Below, piece after piece: positions 27,506 through 36,101 of a stretch of DNA of 64,000 nt (position 1 is its first letter; each line of letters starts with the position of its first letter). Both the position numbers and the translations under genes were made by a program. The stretch is from the NCBI GenBank assembly GCA_030583825.1, contig CP129477.1, positions 74,259-138,258 of the forward strand, in the 5' to 3' direction. Origin of the DNA: Candidatus Dojkabacteria bacterium (lineage in GTDB: Bacteria; Patescibacteriota; Dojkabacteria; GCA-002793355). The notes under the pieces were generated by a model. The model made no database searches and was not told where the DNA came from. It saw nothing but the letters and a program-made list of their open reading frames with translations.

Positions 27506-29116
27506 ATGAAAACAGCAGTAATTTATGCAAGAGTATCATCAAGAGAACAAGCAGAAGGCTTTTCGATTGATGCACAAGTAAAAGCTTGCAAGGTTAAAGC
27601 ATCACAGGAGAGCTTTAAGGTCTTGGAGGTTTTTAAAGATGAAGGCTTTACTGGTACAAGTCGTGATAGACCTGCATTGAATGCCTTAATCGGTTATTGC
27701 AAAGATAATAGTGTACATTCTGTAATCATTCATAAGCTCGATCGATTTGCACGCTCAATAGTTGATCACTCGGCAATTAGAGCAATGTTGATGAAATATG
27801 GAACAAACCTTATCTCCTGTACAGAGCAACTCGGTACAGCTCCACACGAAATCTTTCTCGAAAACATAATGGCTTCAATGGCTCAATACTATAGTGATAA
27901 CCTAAAAACAGAAGTTAGAAAGGGAATAGTAGAGAGATTTGAGAGCGGTTATCATATGGCAACACCTCCATATGGCTATGAAGTCCGAACAGGCTCAAAA
28001 ATTATGCAAATAATTCCAAATGAAGCTGAAATCGTAAGAAAAATGTTTTCATTATATGTAACTGGCGAATATTCATTTCAAACAATTGCTGACAAAATAT
28101 ATGATGAGAATAAGTATAAGACACGTCAAGGTAAGAAATTTTCAAAAGGTCGAATTCAAGATATACTAAATAATGTAGCTTATATGGGGCAGATTGAGTA
28201 TAAGAAACTGGGTAAAAAGGTACAGGGGTTACATGAAGCGATAGTATCACCTACAATATTTCTATTAGCACAAGAAGTTATGGAATCAAGAGGTAACATC
28301 AGAAAAGTTGAAAAAGGAAAACTTGAGTTTCTTTATAAAGGTTTTGTTGCTTGCCCAGAATGTAGCAAACCGCTTTATGCTGCTTACTCAACAGGAGGGA
28401 GCGGAAAAAAGCATCTATACTATTGTTGTAGAAATAAAAAGCATGGCGCAGTCAATATTAAGGCTGATGATGTTCATAAAGCATTCTATAAAGCTTTAGA
28501 ATCGTTGCAGATTAGTGAAGATGTTATGGAAATTGTGAGAGAGTTTGTTGGTAGGCGACTTGAAGAACAAGAAGCTCAAGCAGGTAAAAAAGTTGATGAA
28601 TGTGAAAGAAAAGTAAAAGCGATTGAAAAGGAGAAACTTGATTCTTACAAAGACCATAAGAAAGGATTGCTTGACGAAAACGCATTGAGAGCCGTCTTGT
28701 CTGACTTAGAAGATAAAAAGACACTTGCTCAGATGGAATTAAATGAGGAGAAGATAGACTACAATGATTTGCTTACACAAATTAGAATGCTAGCTCAATT
28801 TGGTGCAAGAATAGACCGATACTGGGAAATCGCAACCTTTGATCAAAGAAGGGATATTTTGGGAAGTATGTTTACGAACGTACCCACATATAAAAATTAC
28901 GAACTTACGAACATGGAAATAAGCCCTCTGTATGAGGCTTTACGTGATATTTCAAAAAATCACGTCTTGAATGGTCGGAGTGGCGAGACTCGAACTCGCG
29001 ACCTCACGCACCCCATGCGTGTACTCTACCAACTAAGCTACACCCCGATATGGGTACAATTATACCCCCGTGGGTATATGTTTGGAAAGCTTTCATTAGT
29101 TAGTACAATCCTCTAA
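27506..29116 (+). CDS. Large serine recombinase (integrase) of the element.
   Basis: MKTAVIYARVSSREQ...DAQ is the resolvase catalytic N-terminus with the Ser nucleophile. There is a recombinase domain, a zinc ribbon (CPECSKPL...YYCCRN) and a coiled coil. The ORF track starts at 27455, but the conserved N-terminus begins at the Met at 27506. The last ~48 codons run antisense through tRNA-Pro. Confidence 0.85.
   Translation: MKTAVIYARVSSREQAEGFSIDAQVKACKVKASQESFKVLEVFKDEGFTGTSRDRPALNALIGYCKDNSVHSVIIHKLDRFARSIVDHSAIRAMLMKYGTNLISCTEQLGTAPHEIFLENIMASMAQYYSDNLKTEVRKGIVERFESGYHMATPPYGYEVRTGSKIMQIIPNEAEIVRKMFSLYVTGEYSFQTIADKIYDENKYKTRQGKKFSKGRIQDILNNVAYMGQIEYKKLGKKVQGLHEAIVSPTIFLLAQEVMESRGNIRKVEKGKLEFLYKGFVACPECSKPLYAAYSTGGSGKKHLYYCCRNKKHGAVNIKADDVHKAFYKALESLQISEDVMEIVREFVGRRLEEQEAQAGKKVDECERKVKAIEKEKLDSYKDHKKGLLDENALRAVLSDLEDKKTLAQMELNEEKIDYNDLLTQIRMLAQFGARIDRYWEIATFDQRRDILGSMFTNVPTYKNYELTNMEISPLYEALRDISKNHVLNGRSGETRTRDLTHPMRVLYQLSYTPIWVQLYPRGYMFGKLSLVSTIL
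28972..29047 (-). tRNA. tRNA-Pro (anticodon GGG) with an encoded CCA.
   Basis: Manual fold: acceptor CGGGGTG/CACTCCG, anticodon stem CACGC/GCGTG, loop aTGGGgt, T-arm GGTCGCGAGTTCGAGTCTCGC, 3' ACCA. Confidence 0.7.
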
Positions 29117-29770
29117 TGTTGTTGCTCCTCTCATATCATTAAAACAACTGCCGGCTTTATTTAATACCACTACGCGAGATATGGTAGGAAATTGTTTTAA
29201 AGTCATAGTGATCTGTTCTGTAATAATTCCACCACTTAAATCACCATTAATTACTACATTTCGACAAAACTTGACTGTCGCAAGCCTATGAGAATCAATA
29301 GCAAGTGAGAAATCTTTCCCTCCACAGTTAGAATCTTCCATTACGATTGTCACTAACCTTCCTTCACCGAAGGTTGGAAGGTGCCCACTTGCTAATTCAC
29401 TAGAATCAGGACCTTTGATAAGCTGCTCTATGGCGAATGTACCCACATCTTTTCTATTTGTTGTGCGAGAAAACTCTGTAAGAAAGTTTTGTTGATTTGG
29501 CTCATTGAATTTTACTTGACTGAAGAGATAAATCTTTACCGGTACTGTGTTTTCATTTACTCCTTCAGGTTCGGGAGTTGCACTAGTAGTAGGAAGAATG
29601 GCGTTCGTTGGAGTAGGTGTTGCTGATGGAGCAATTTCAGAAGAATTGCCATTGAGAGACTCAGGTGCCGTACCGTATATATTAAATACAAGTAACATCA
29701 TACTGGTAAGTATGAAACCTACGATAACTCCGGTGACCAGTAAAACAACATCCTTTTGGGTAAGCTTCAT
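29096..29770 (-). CDS. Secreted/membrane-anchored hypothetical protein with a Pro/Thr-rich linker.
   Basis: N-terminal TM, a PSATPTPTNAILPTTSATPEPE linker and a Cys-containing C-terminal domain. Confidence 0.45.
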   Translation of the reverse strand: MKLTQKDVVLLVTGVIVGFILTSMMLLVFNIYGTAPESLNGNSSEIAPSATPTPTNAILPTTSATPEPEGVNENTVPVKIYLFSQVKFNEPNQQNFLTEFSRTTNRKDVGTFAIEQLIKGPDSSELASGHLPTFGEGRLVTIVMEDSNCGGKDFSLAIDSHRLATVKFCRNVVINGDLSGGIITEQITMTLKQFPTISRVVVLNKAGSCFNDMRGATTLEDCTN

Positions 29771-29866
29771 ATTTATTTATGAGAAATTATCTATAATTGT
29801 ACTCCCGCTCTGTTGGAATGTAAAGCATTTACAAACTTGCAAAACATTTAGTATAATTAGCTCGAC

Positions 29867-29939
29867 GGGTCGCTAGCTCATCCGGTAGAGCAACTGGCTT
29901 TTAACCAGTAGGTGCTTGGTTCGAGTCCAAGGCGACCTA
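29867..29939 (+). tRNA. tRNA-Lys (anticodon TTT).
   Basis: GGGTCGCTAGCTCATCCGGTAGAGC..., anticodon loop CTTTTAA and T-arm GGTTCGAGTCC. The acceptor stem pairs, and no CCA is encoded. Confidence 0.75.
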
Positions 29940-29993
29940 TTTTTCTTTTGTGCAGCTTGAAAGCACCTGTAGAAGGCTGTACAATGAGCACAT

Positions 29994-30066
29994 TCCTCGG
30001 TAGCTCAGCAGGTAGAGCAAGCGGCTGTTAACCGCTGGGTCCTAGGTTCGAGTCCTAGCCGGGGAG
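29994..30066 (+). tRNA. tRNA-Asn (anticodon GTT).
   Basis: TCCTCGGTAGCTCAGCAGGTAGAGC..., anticodon loop CTGTTAA, T-arm GGTTCGAGTCC, acceptor 3' CCGGGGAG. Confidence 0.75.
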
Positions 30067-30132
30067 CTGATTGCTAAGCTCGTCTGTTTAGGCGGGATTA
30101 GTAATCAGAGTTTTTTATTAATCTCCCTGGTT

Positions 30133-31047
30133 TTACGTTACTTTTTTCAAGACAAACTTGGCAAGTTGAATTGATTCTCCTTCTTTGTAAGGTAAGTATT
30201 GATCATTATAAATTCCAATTAAGTCGATGCCTTTTAATGAATAGACGATATCCCGCACTTCGTTTAGTAACCACATTTTTTCTTTCATCTGCTCACGTTC
30301 CCACTGCGCCCACTTCCCATTCTCCTCTTTTGTTCTTATAAAAATATCAAATACTATTTCTCGCGTCTTAAAATTAGGAAGATTAATCCATATTCGCTGA
30401 AAGTTCTCTGTACTAAATGTTGTTACTTTTTGCTTGAAGAAATCAATTTCCCATCCATTATCTATCCGAATATCAAAAATAAGCACTCCATTTTCTTTCA
30501 GATTTTTCAAAAGACTTTTCAGCAACTCTTTTAGCTGAGTTTCATTCAAGGCGAAGTTCGAGCTAAAATCATACCAAATAATTGCGTCAGCTTTGGGTGA
30601 TAGTTCCAAGTTCTGAATAGAAGAAACAAAATAGTCTGTTGCTTGCGGGCCTAGCTTTTTCGCCTCTGCAATCATTTCAATAGATTGATCAAACCCTATT
30701 ACACTACTGTATCCTGCCATTGATAGTAATCGAACAAAACCTCCCGTGCCACATGCTGCATCCACAATCAAAGAACCTTTATTTACTGAATATTCTTTAA
30801 AGATTCTGTCCGTGAAATCTGCCTGTGACTGAAAAATATTTTCAGGAGTATCTTCATGAAAAATTTTGGCAAAAATTGACCACGGAGGATTGACTGGCAA
30901 TCTACCCAATTTTTTAGTTATTTGTTTGTACACTTCTTCTGGGTTTAGAGCTGCATCTTGAGCCCACTTTGAAAACTCATCTGTACCTTGCTGTGCCTTC
31001 TTGGATAATTCTTGAAGATGAGCTGAATGTGTTGAATCAACAGACAT
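30133..31047 (-). CDS. Class I SAM-dependent methyltransferase.
   Basis: Motif I is IVDAACGTGGF. It is the last gene of a three-gene minus-strand cassette. Confidence 0.65.
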   Translation of the reverse strand: MSVDSTHSAHLQELSKKAQQGTDEFSKWAQDAALNPEEVYKQITKKLGRLPVNPPWSIFAKIFHEDTPENIFQSQADFTDRIFKEYSVNKGSLIVDAACGTGGFVRLLSMAGYSSVIGFDQSIEMIAEAKKLGPQATDYFVSSIQNLELSPKADAIIWYDFSSNFALNETQLKELLKSLLKNLKENGVLIFDIRIDNGWEIDFFKQKVTTFSTENFQRIWINLPNFKTREIVFDIFIRTKEENGKWAQWEREQMKEKMWLLNEVRDIVYSLKGIDLIGIYNDQYLPYKEGESIQLAKFVLKKVT

Positions 31048-31092
31048 TATTTAGATTTATCAATTTAAATGTATAGCTTATCTCCTTACTGC

Positions 31093-31890
31093 CTAAATCG
31101 AGATAATATTTTTCAGCTCTTTAATAATTAAGTCAGCATTCTGAATATTATTAGCGTCAAGAATACTCTTGAGACGAGACAAAGAAATATCATGTTTAGA
31201 AAATCTATTGGCAAGTTTGTCTTTTATTTGCGGCATACTCTGCGTACAGCGCAAAATACTATGCCAGTTTTCAAGCATCGTTTTGTAATCTTCCCCTGGA
31301 GTGAGCTGTTTGCGAATCATCTGCCGTAATCCCCGAAAAGTGAAGCCATTATAAATATCATAGTAATCATTTTGGTGGTTGGTAAGAAAGTTTTGAGTCA
31401 TTGGCCAGGTATTCAAAGTGACTTCATAAACACTGTGGTCGTGGCAATATTTCCCCATTTCATTTGTAAAAACCTTCCCTTCAGAGGTAAGAACATACAT
31501 CGAGTAAAAGTCAGCGTGGTGAGAGAAAAATCCGCAAATCTTTTCCACAACGGGAATATAAAATTCCTTTTCGCCAAAGTGCCCAACATCTAATTCATAT
31601 TTATCGCCAATAAGTTCCAGCTTCATAGACATAATAGTACTTTTTACAGTGTCACAATCACAAAGAAGGCTTGGATTTCCGCTGCTGTCTTTCAACACGT
31701 AAAATACATCAATATCTTTCGCTTGAATTCCTTTCAGTGTATCAGCAACAAACCCTCCACGGACCGCAATTTCATAAAGGTCTAACTGCTTCTGAATTAA
31801 TTGCAACTCACTTGCAATAACAGAAAATAGGTTTTGTACAGATTTATCATAATGAGAAAGATCAATTTCGACGATATTGTACTTATTCAT
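31093..31890 (-). CDS. Pol-beta-superfamily nucleotidyltransferase, resembling the poly(A)-polymerase/CCA-adding head domain.
   Basis: IAVRGGFVADTLKGIQAKDIDVF resembles the GGxVRD..LG...DxD nucleotidyltransferase motif. At 265 aa it is a minimal enzyme. Confidence 0.4.
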   Translation of the reverse strand: MNKYNIVEIDLSHYDKSVQNLFSVIASELQLIQKQLDLYEIAVRGGFVADTLKGIQAKDIDVFYVLKDSSGNPSLLCDCDTVKSTIMSMKLELIGDKYELDVGHFGEKEFYIPVVEKICGFFSHHADFYSMYVLTSEGKVFTNEMGKYCHDHSVYEVTLNTWPMTQNFLTNHQNDYYDIYNGFTFRGLRQMIRKQLTPGEDYKTMLENWHSILRCTQSMPQIKDKLANRFSKHDISLSRLKSILDANNIQNADLIIKELKNIISI

Positions 31891-31893
31891 TCA

Positions 31894-32637
31894 TTATTCG
31901 CTTAAGTTATAGTCATTAATAAAACTATATTCTTTGTAGTGTGCATTGTTTGGATCAAAAATACAAAAATCAATCTCCGGCCACTTGCCCGATAGCATTG
32001 AGATTTCTTCTTTGGAAAACCACCTATTGTGTTTTTTCAGCTGGAGATCTTCTTCCGCAAAAGCACTTACATCTACTTTGTATAGAGTTAACGCATCGTC
32101 AAAAAGAACTTTATCTCTGGAAGTTTTTTGAATCTTAAAGTGAATGCCAAAATACTCAGTCTCCGGGTAAGGGATTGCATTGAGAATTTCGAACTCTTCC
32201 TGCAGTAATCGTACACGTGCAACGGCCATGTCTTCACCAAGAAAAGGCTTCGCTCCAGGAAACTTATAAAATGTGCCGTTTGTAGATAAATGCTCACGAA
32301 GTAGGTAACTTTCTCCGTGTTTTACGATAAATCCAATAAATATATTCTTAAATTCTCTATCTTCAAATGTGGCTTTATCAAATTTTCCAGATTCTCTTAA
32401 GCCCGCAGCGGTCAAAACATAGCGTTGCTCTCTTTTTTTAATAAATTCTCGCTGAATCAACTGTTTTACATGAAACACCACGTTATCGTCGCTGGTATAG
32501 CCTTCAGTTAAGCGAGCAAATGTTAAATCATCTCTTCCGACCAACCGTCTGAGAAGATTTTTTTGAATAGTATGCATGGTGTACTTCACTACCCTAGATT
32601 TGGATATATCTCTAATTATAATATATGAATTGCTCAA
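31894..32637 (-). CDS. wHTH + degenerate Nudix-like domain protein.
   Basis: FPGAKPFLGEDMAVARVRLLQEEFEI aligns to the MutT Nudix box FPGGKIEMGETPEQAVVRELQEEVGI, with RE changed to RL and G changed to E. A winged-helix-like segment lies N-terminal to it. Confidence 0.45.
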   Translation of the reverse strand: MSNSYIIIRDISKSRVVKYTMHTIQKNLLRRLVGRDDLTFARLTEGYTSDDNVVFHVKQLIQREFIKKREQRYVLTAAGLRESGKFDKATFEDREFKNIFIGFIVKHGESYLLREHLSTNGTFYKFPGAKPFLGEDMAVARVRLLQEEFEILNAIPYPETEYFGIHFKIQKTSRDKVLFDDALTLYKVDVSAFAEEDLQLKKHNRWFSKEEISMLSGKWPEIDFCIFDPNNAHYKEYSFINDYNLSE

Positions 32638-32669
32638 GAGGTACTAAATTTAAATTAAGCTAAGTATTT

Positions 32670-33176
32670 ATGCAGCCAAAAAATGATATGTCTCCAAAGC
32701 TTCCATTACGCGTTGTGGGTTTACTCGTTAAAGATGGAAAAGTTCTTCTTGGCAAAAGAACAGAAGGTATCGGAGAAAATAATTATGTAGGGATCGGCGG
32801 CAAAGCTGAAAAAGATGAAACTCCTGCGGAAACATTAGTACGCGAAGTGAAAGAAGAAATCGGCGTGGCAATTACTTCCTTTACACAAATTGGTGACCTG
32901 AACTTTTTCTTTCCATTTCAAGAAGAAGGTAAACGCTGGGATCAAAATGTTATCGTTTTTATTTGCACAGAATGGACAGGCGAAATCCGGCAAATGGAGA
33001 CTATTATTCCGGAGTGGTTCGAGCTGAATTCTTTACCTCTTCAGTATATGTGGCACGATGCAGAAATATGGATGGGACAATGCTTAAATGGCTATTATAT
33101 TCGAGGAGATTTTATTTACAATAAAGATTTTAGACTTGAGTCCTGGGATGTTAGTGCAACACAACCTGCCGCTTAA
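32670..33176 (+). CDS. Nudix hydrolase.
   Basis: GIGGKAEKDETPAETLVREVKEEIGV is a canonical Nudix box. Confidence 0.7.
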   Translation: MQPKNDMSPKLPLRVVGLLVKDGKVLLGKRTEGIGENNYVGIGGKAEKDETPAETLVREVKEEIGVAITSFTQIGDLNFFFPFQEEGKRWDQNVIVFICTEWTGEIRQMETIIPEWFELNSLPLQYMWHDAEIWMGQCLNGYYIRGDFIYNKDFRLESWDVSATQPAA

Positions 33177-33181
33177 TATAC

Positions 33182-33810
33182 TTAGTATATGAGGCGAGTT
33201 TCACCTGTAAGAAATTTTTGTGCAAAAATAGCAGCTTTCAAATGATAAGGATCCCAATTCTCGGGAAAACTATCTTCGGTAACTGTTATGACAAGCTCAT
33301 CACCAGTCGGAGATGCGCCTGACGCAGTAAAAGAGTTAATTTCCTTATTAAAAAGCGAAATGAGTGAGTTAATGGGACATTCAACAATACCCTCAAGCTC
33401 CTCTTCTTGCATGCGATACGATAAAAGGTCGCTTTCGTCTTGTATAAAGAAAATATATGAAACAGAATTAACAACTGTGCCATCTTTTTTGACACCTACA
33501 TGAAGTCTTCTCCCTGCGGGAGTAAGGTCTTGGGAATCAAAATCTTTCCCAATTTCTTCCTTTGCTTCACGGATTAAAGCCTGCACAACAGTTCTCCAGC
33601 GTTTACTTTGCCTCCAACAATAACATCTAGTTTTCCCGGAGCCCATGATTTCGACATGCTTCGCTGTTGATACAGAATAGATTGTGTACTTTTTCGAACA
33701 ATCCATAAATTTGCGGTTGCAATCCAATCACTTGAAGTTAGTTCGTCATAGGATTTCGCTGGGCCTTTTGTAGTAAAAAGTGGAGGTAGTAACGTATCAA
33801 ATGTTTCCAT
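33182..33810 (-). pseudogene. Nudix hydrolase gene split by a frameshift inside the Nudix box.
   Basis: Frame A (33574..33810) ends ...WAPGKLDVIVGGKVNAGE. Frame B (33182..33727) continues TVVQALIREAKEEIG.... Joined, they rebuild G-x5-E-x7-REUxEExGU exactly. Confidence 0.5.
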
Positions 33811-33871
33811 ACTCGATTATATAGAAATTTTTGAAAGAAGCGTAGTTGCCCTAAATGCAGTATACTCTATC

Positions 33872-34456
33872 ATGATATTGCCTGAAACTATTATTCAAAT
33901 TGGCTCACCAGAGCTGATTACGCGCAGCAATGATGTCCAGGATATCGCATCACCAATGACGCGGGAACTTGTAACCCATTTACAGACGCTTCTCGCCCCG
34001 AATAAACTTATCGGACTCTCCGCTGTGCAATTAGGTATTCCTCAAAGAATTTTTATTATAAATGTCCGTGAACCTCAACCAAAAGGCAAGGATGAGTCAG
34101 TACTCCGTGTATTTATTAACCCACAAATTTTGAAAGAATCAGAAAGAAAAATAGAAATGTACGAAGGATGCGGAAGTATTCTTCGAAATAATCTTTTTGG
34201 CCCAGTATCACGCCCCGACACGGTTACAATTGAGGCCTATAATGTCAATGGACAAAAGTTTAAATTGACCGCAAACGGGATTCTCGCAAGAGTTATTCAA
34301 CATGAATACGATCACTTAGAAGGGATACTTTTTACAGAAAAAGTATCGGATTATAAAAAATTAATGGACTTAGAGCACTATATAGAATTTGCTCGAGGCA
34401 ACCTTGCACAAAAAGAGGCGTATACAATTACTATCCTGGAAGAAGAGTTCTCATAA
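33872..34456 (+). CDS. def: Peptide deformylase.
   Basis: GLSAVQLGIPQR (motif 1), EGCGS (motif 2, a variant of EGCLS) and QHEYDHLEG (motif 3, HExxH). Confidence 0.8.
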   Translation: MILPETIIQIGSPELITRSNDVQDIASPMTRELVTHLQTLLAPNKLIGLSAVQLGIPQRIFIINVREPQPKGKDESVLRVFINPQILKESERKIEMYEGCGSILRNNLFGPVSRPDTVTIEAYNVNGQKFKLTANGILARVIQHEYDHLEGILFTEKVSDYKKLMDLEHYIEFARGNLAQKEAYTITILEEEFS

Positions 34457-34681
34457 TTGCCAATTTTCGGCATTTGGGCTACAATTCGGCAAACGTCCGA
34501 GTAAAGGAATACTGTCGTGAACGACGAAGAACTCAGAAGAATAGTTACTAAAACAATGAAAGAAGAAAACGCGGCACTCCCGCGGTTTGTATTCGTCTTC
34601 CAAAACAGAAAATGTATAGCAGTTTTATCTTTTCCTGAAGGACAGGGGCGCTGGAAAGTCTACATTCATTGAAAGCTTTCC

Positions 34682-34735
34682 AAGTGAAGACCTATTTACA
34701 CCCGCTAGATTTGTCTTCACTCCCCTTTTTACTTT
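34682..34735 (+). terminator. Hairpin followed by a T-rich tract, candidate terminator or leader structure in the 350-bp def-MFS gap.
   Basis: AGTGAAGAC...GTCTTCACT stem, then CCCCTTTTTACTTTTTTCT. Confidence 0.35.
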
Positions 34736-34805
34736 TTTCTCAAAATACTTCACTGAAACGAGAATATTGTGTAAGATACTGTGATTAATCTACTGCCCAG
34801 AATTT

Positions 34806-36095
34806 ATGATTGAGTCAGTCACAGAGCAAGCTCCAGCAAATCTTTCAACGACAAAAGCGGGAAATCCCTTTTATTATATGCGTCCACTGGTTGCATTCGC
34901 ATTAATTTTCTTTCTTATTAGCCTGGGAGATGCAATTATGTCATACTCCTCGCCTATTTTCTTGGAAAAAGCCTTAGGGAGCGCGACACTTATGGGCCTT
35001 GTATTGGGCGCTTCGTCTATTGTCGGCTTTTTTGCCGACCTCTTTATGAGTGAATGGTTCCGCGGGAAAAGTTATAAGTTTTTCTTATTCTGGACATTAG
35101 TATTTGCATTTAGCTTCCCTGTTATTTTTCTTTTCCTTCCCCCAATTATTATATTTTTTCTTCTAGCGATGGCAGTTTGGGGAATTTACTACGAAATGAT
35201 GCAATTTTCTAACTACCACTTCATCAACAGACAAATAAAGCGTCAAAATCGAACCTTTGCATGGAGCTTATTTATGGCATTCAAGTCATTAGGCTATACG
35301 CTTGGCCCAATTATTGCAGGTCTTTTAATTGATAGACATATGTCTCAGGCATTTATTGCAGCATTTGGTTTCTTTGCGATCGCGGCATTTGGAGCATTAC
35401 TCTTTATGAAAGTACAGAAAATGAAAAGGCATGAAAATCATGCTCAGGCAGAAGAACCATATGAAGAAAAGAAGAGCGTATGGCATGTTATAAAAGTGTG
35501 GGTAGTCTTAGGGAAAAAGATTTGGCCACTATTTATTTTTACATTTATGTTATTTCTTGTTGATTCGACGTTTTGGAGTATTGGAACTGTTCTCGCAGAA
35601 AAACTCCACGTAGAACATGGTGTTCAAGGAGAGTTATTACTCACTGTATATACCATTCCCTCATTATTTGTAGGATTACTTGCAAGCATTGCTGCTGCTC
35701 CGTTTGGAAAAAAACGTGGCGCATATATTGCAGGATTAACTTCCGGATTAGTTCTCGCATTGCTGGGATTTGTCGAAAATCCATACGTTATCTTTGGAGT
35801 TGCATTCGTTTCTGCCATATTCAGCTCTTTGGCATTTCCATTGATTAGCTCAACATACGCAGACTATGTTGATAGGCTCGATAATTTGGGTAACGATCTT
35901 ATTGGTCTTCAGGGTGCAGCACATAGCATGTCATATGTTGTCGGCCCAATAATTGCTGGATTTCTAGCAGATAGAGTTGGTGATCAGCTTACTTTTACAA
36001 TGATGGGAATCGCTCTTGCAATTACAGCAATTTTAATGATCCTTCTCACGCCGCGAAAGATACGAATGCCATTAAAAGCATTACATAGCGTATAA
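34806..36095 (+). CDS. MFS-type transporter.
   Basis: About 12 predicted TM helices. The GxxxDRxGRK-like loops are degenerate. Confidence 0.6.
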   Translation: MIESVTEQAPANLSTTKAGNPFYYMRPLVAFALIFFLISLGDAIMSYSSPIFLEKALGSATLMGLVLGASSIVGFFADLFMSEWFRGKSYKFFLFWTLVFAFSFPVIFLFLPPIIIFFLLAMAVWGIYYEMMQFSNYHFINRQIKRQNRTFAWSLFMAFKSLGYTLGPIIAGLLIDRHMSQAFIAAFGFFAIAAFGALLFMKVQKMKRHENHAQAEEPYEEKKSVWHVIKVWVVLGKKIWPLFIFTFMLFLVDSTFWSIGTVLAEKLHVEHGVQGELLLTVYTIPSLFVGLLASIAAAPFGKKRGAYIAGLTSGLVLALLGFVENPYVIFGVAFVSAIFSSLAFPLISSTYADYVDRLDNLGNDLIGLQGAAHSMSYVVGPIIAGFLADRVGDQLTFTMMGIALAITAILMILLTPRKIRMPLKALHSV

Positions 36096-36101
36096 TAAAA
36101 G

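Noticed and set aside
1-29047. Second attachment site (direct repeat of the tRNA-Pro 3' segment) within the window
   Set aside because: I looked for a copy of the GAGTGGCGAGACTCGAAC-type tRNA 3' sequence elsewhere in the element and did not see one. The other element boundary is probably upstream of window position 1 and cannot be called from this window.
29096-29770. The 224-aa secreted protein as part of the mobile element
   Set aside because: It lies on the 5' side of tRNA-Pro, away from the integrase, and is followed by chromosomal tRNA-Lys and tRNA-Asn. It was treated as chromosomal flank.
35573-35848. 91-aa ORF (+) and 64-aa ORF (-) overlapping the MFS transporter gene
   Set aside because: These alternative or antisense frames sit within a well-supported 12-TM transporter ORF. 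Their Cys/Arg-rich product is a typical frame artefact.
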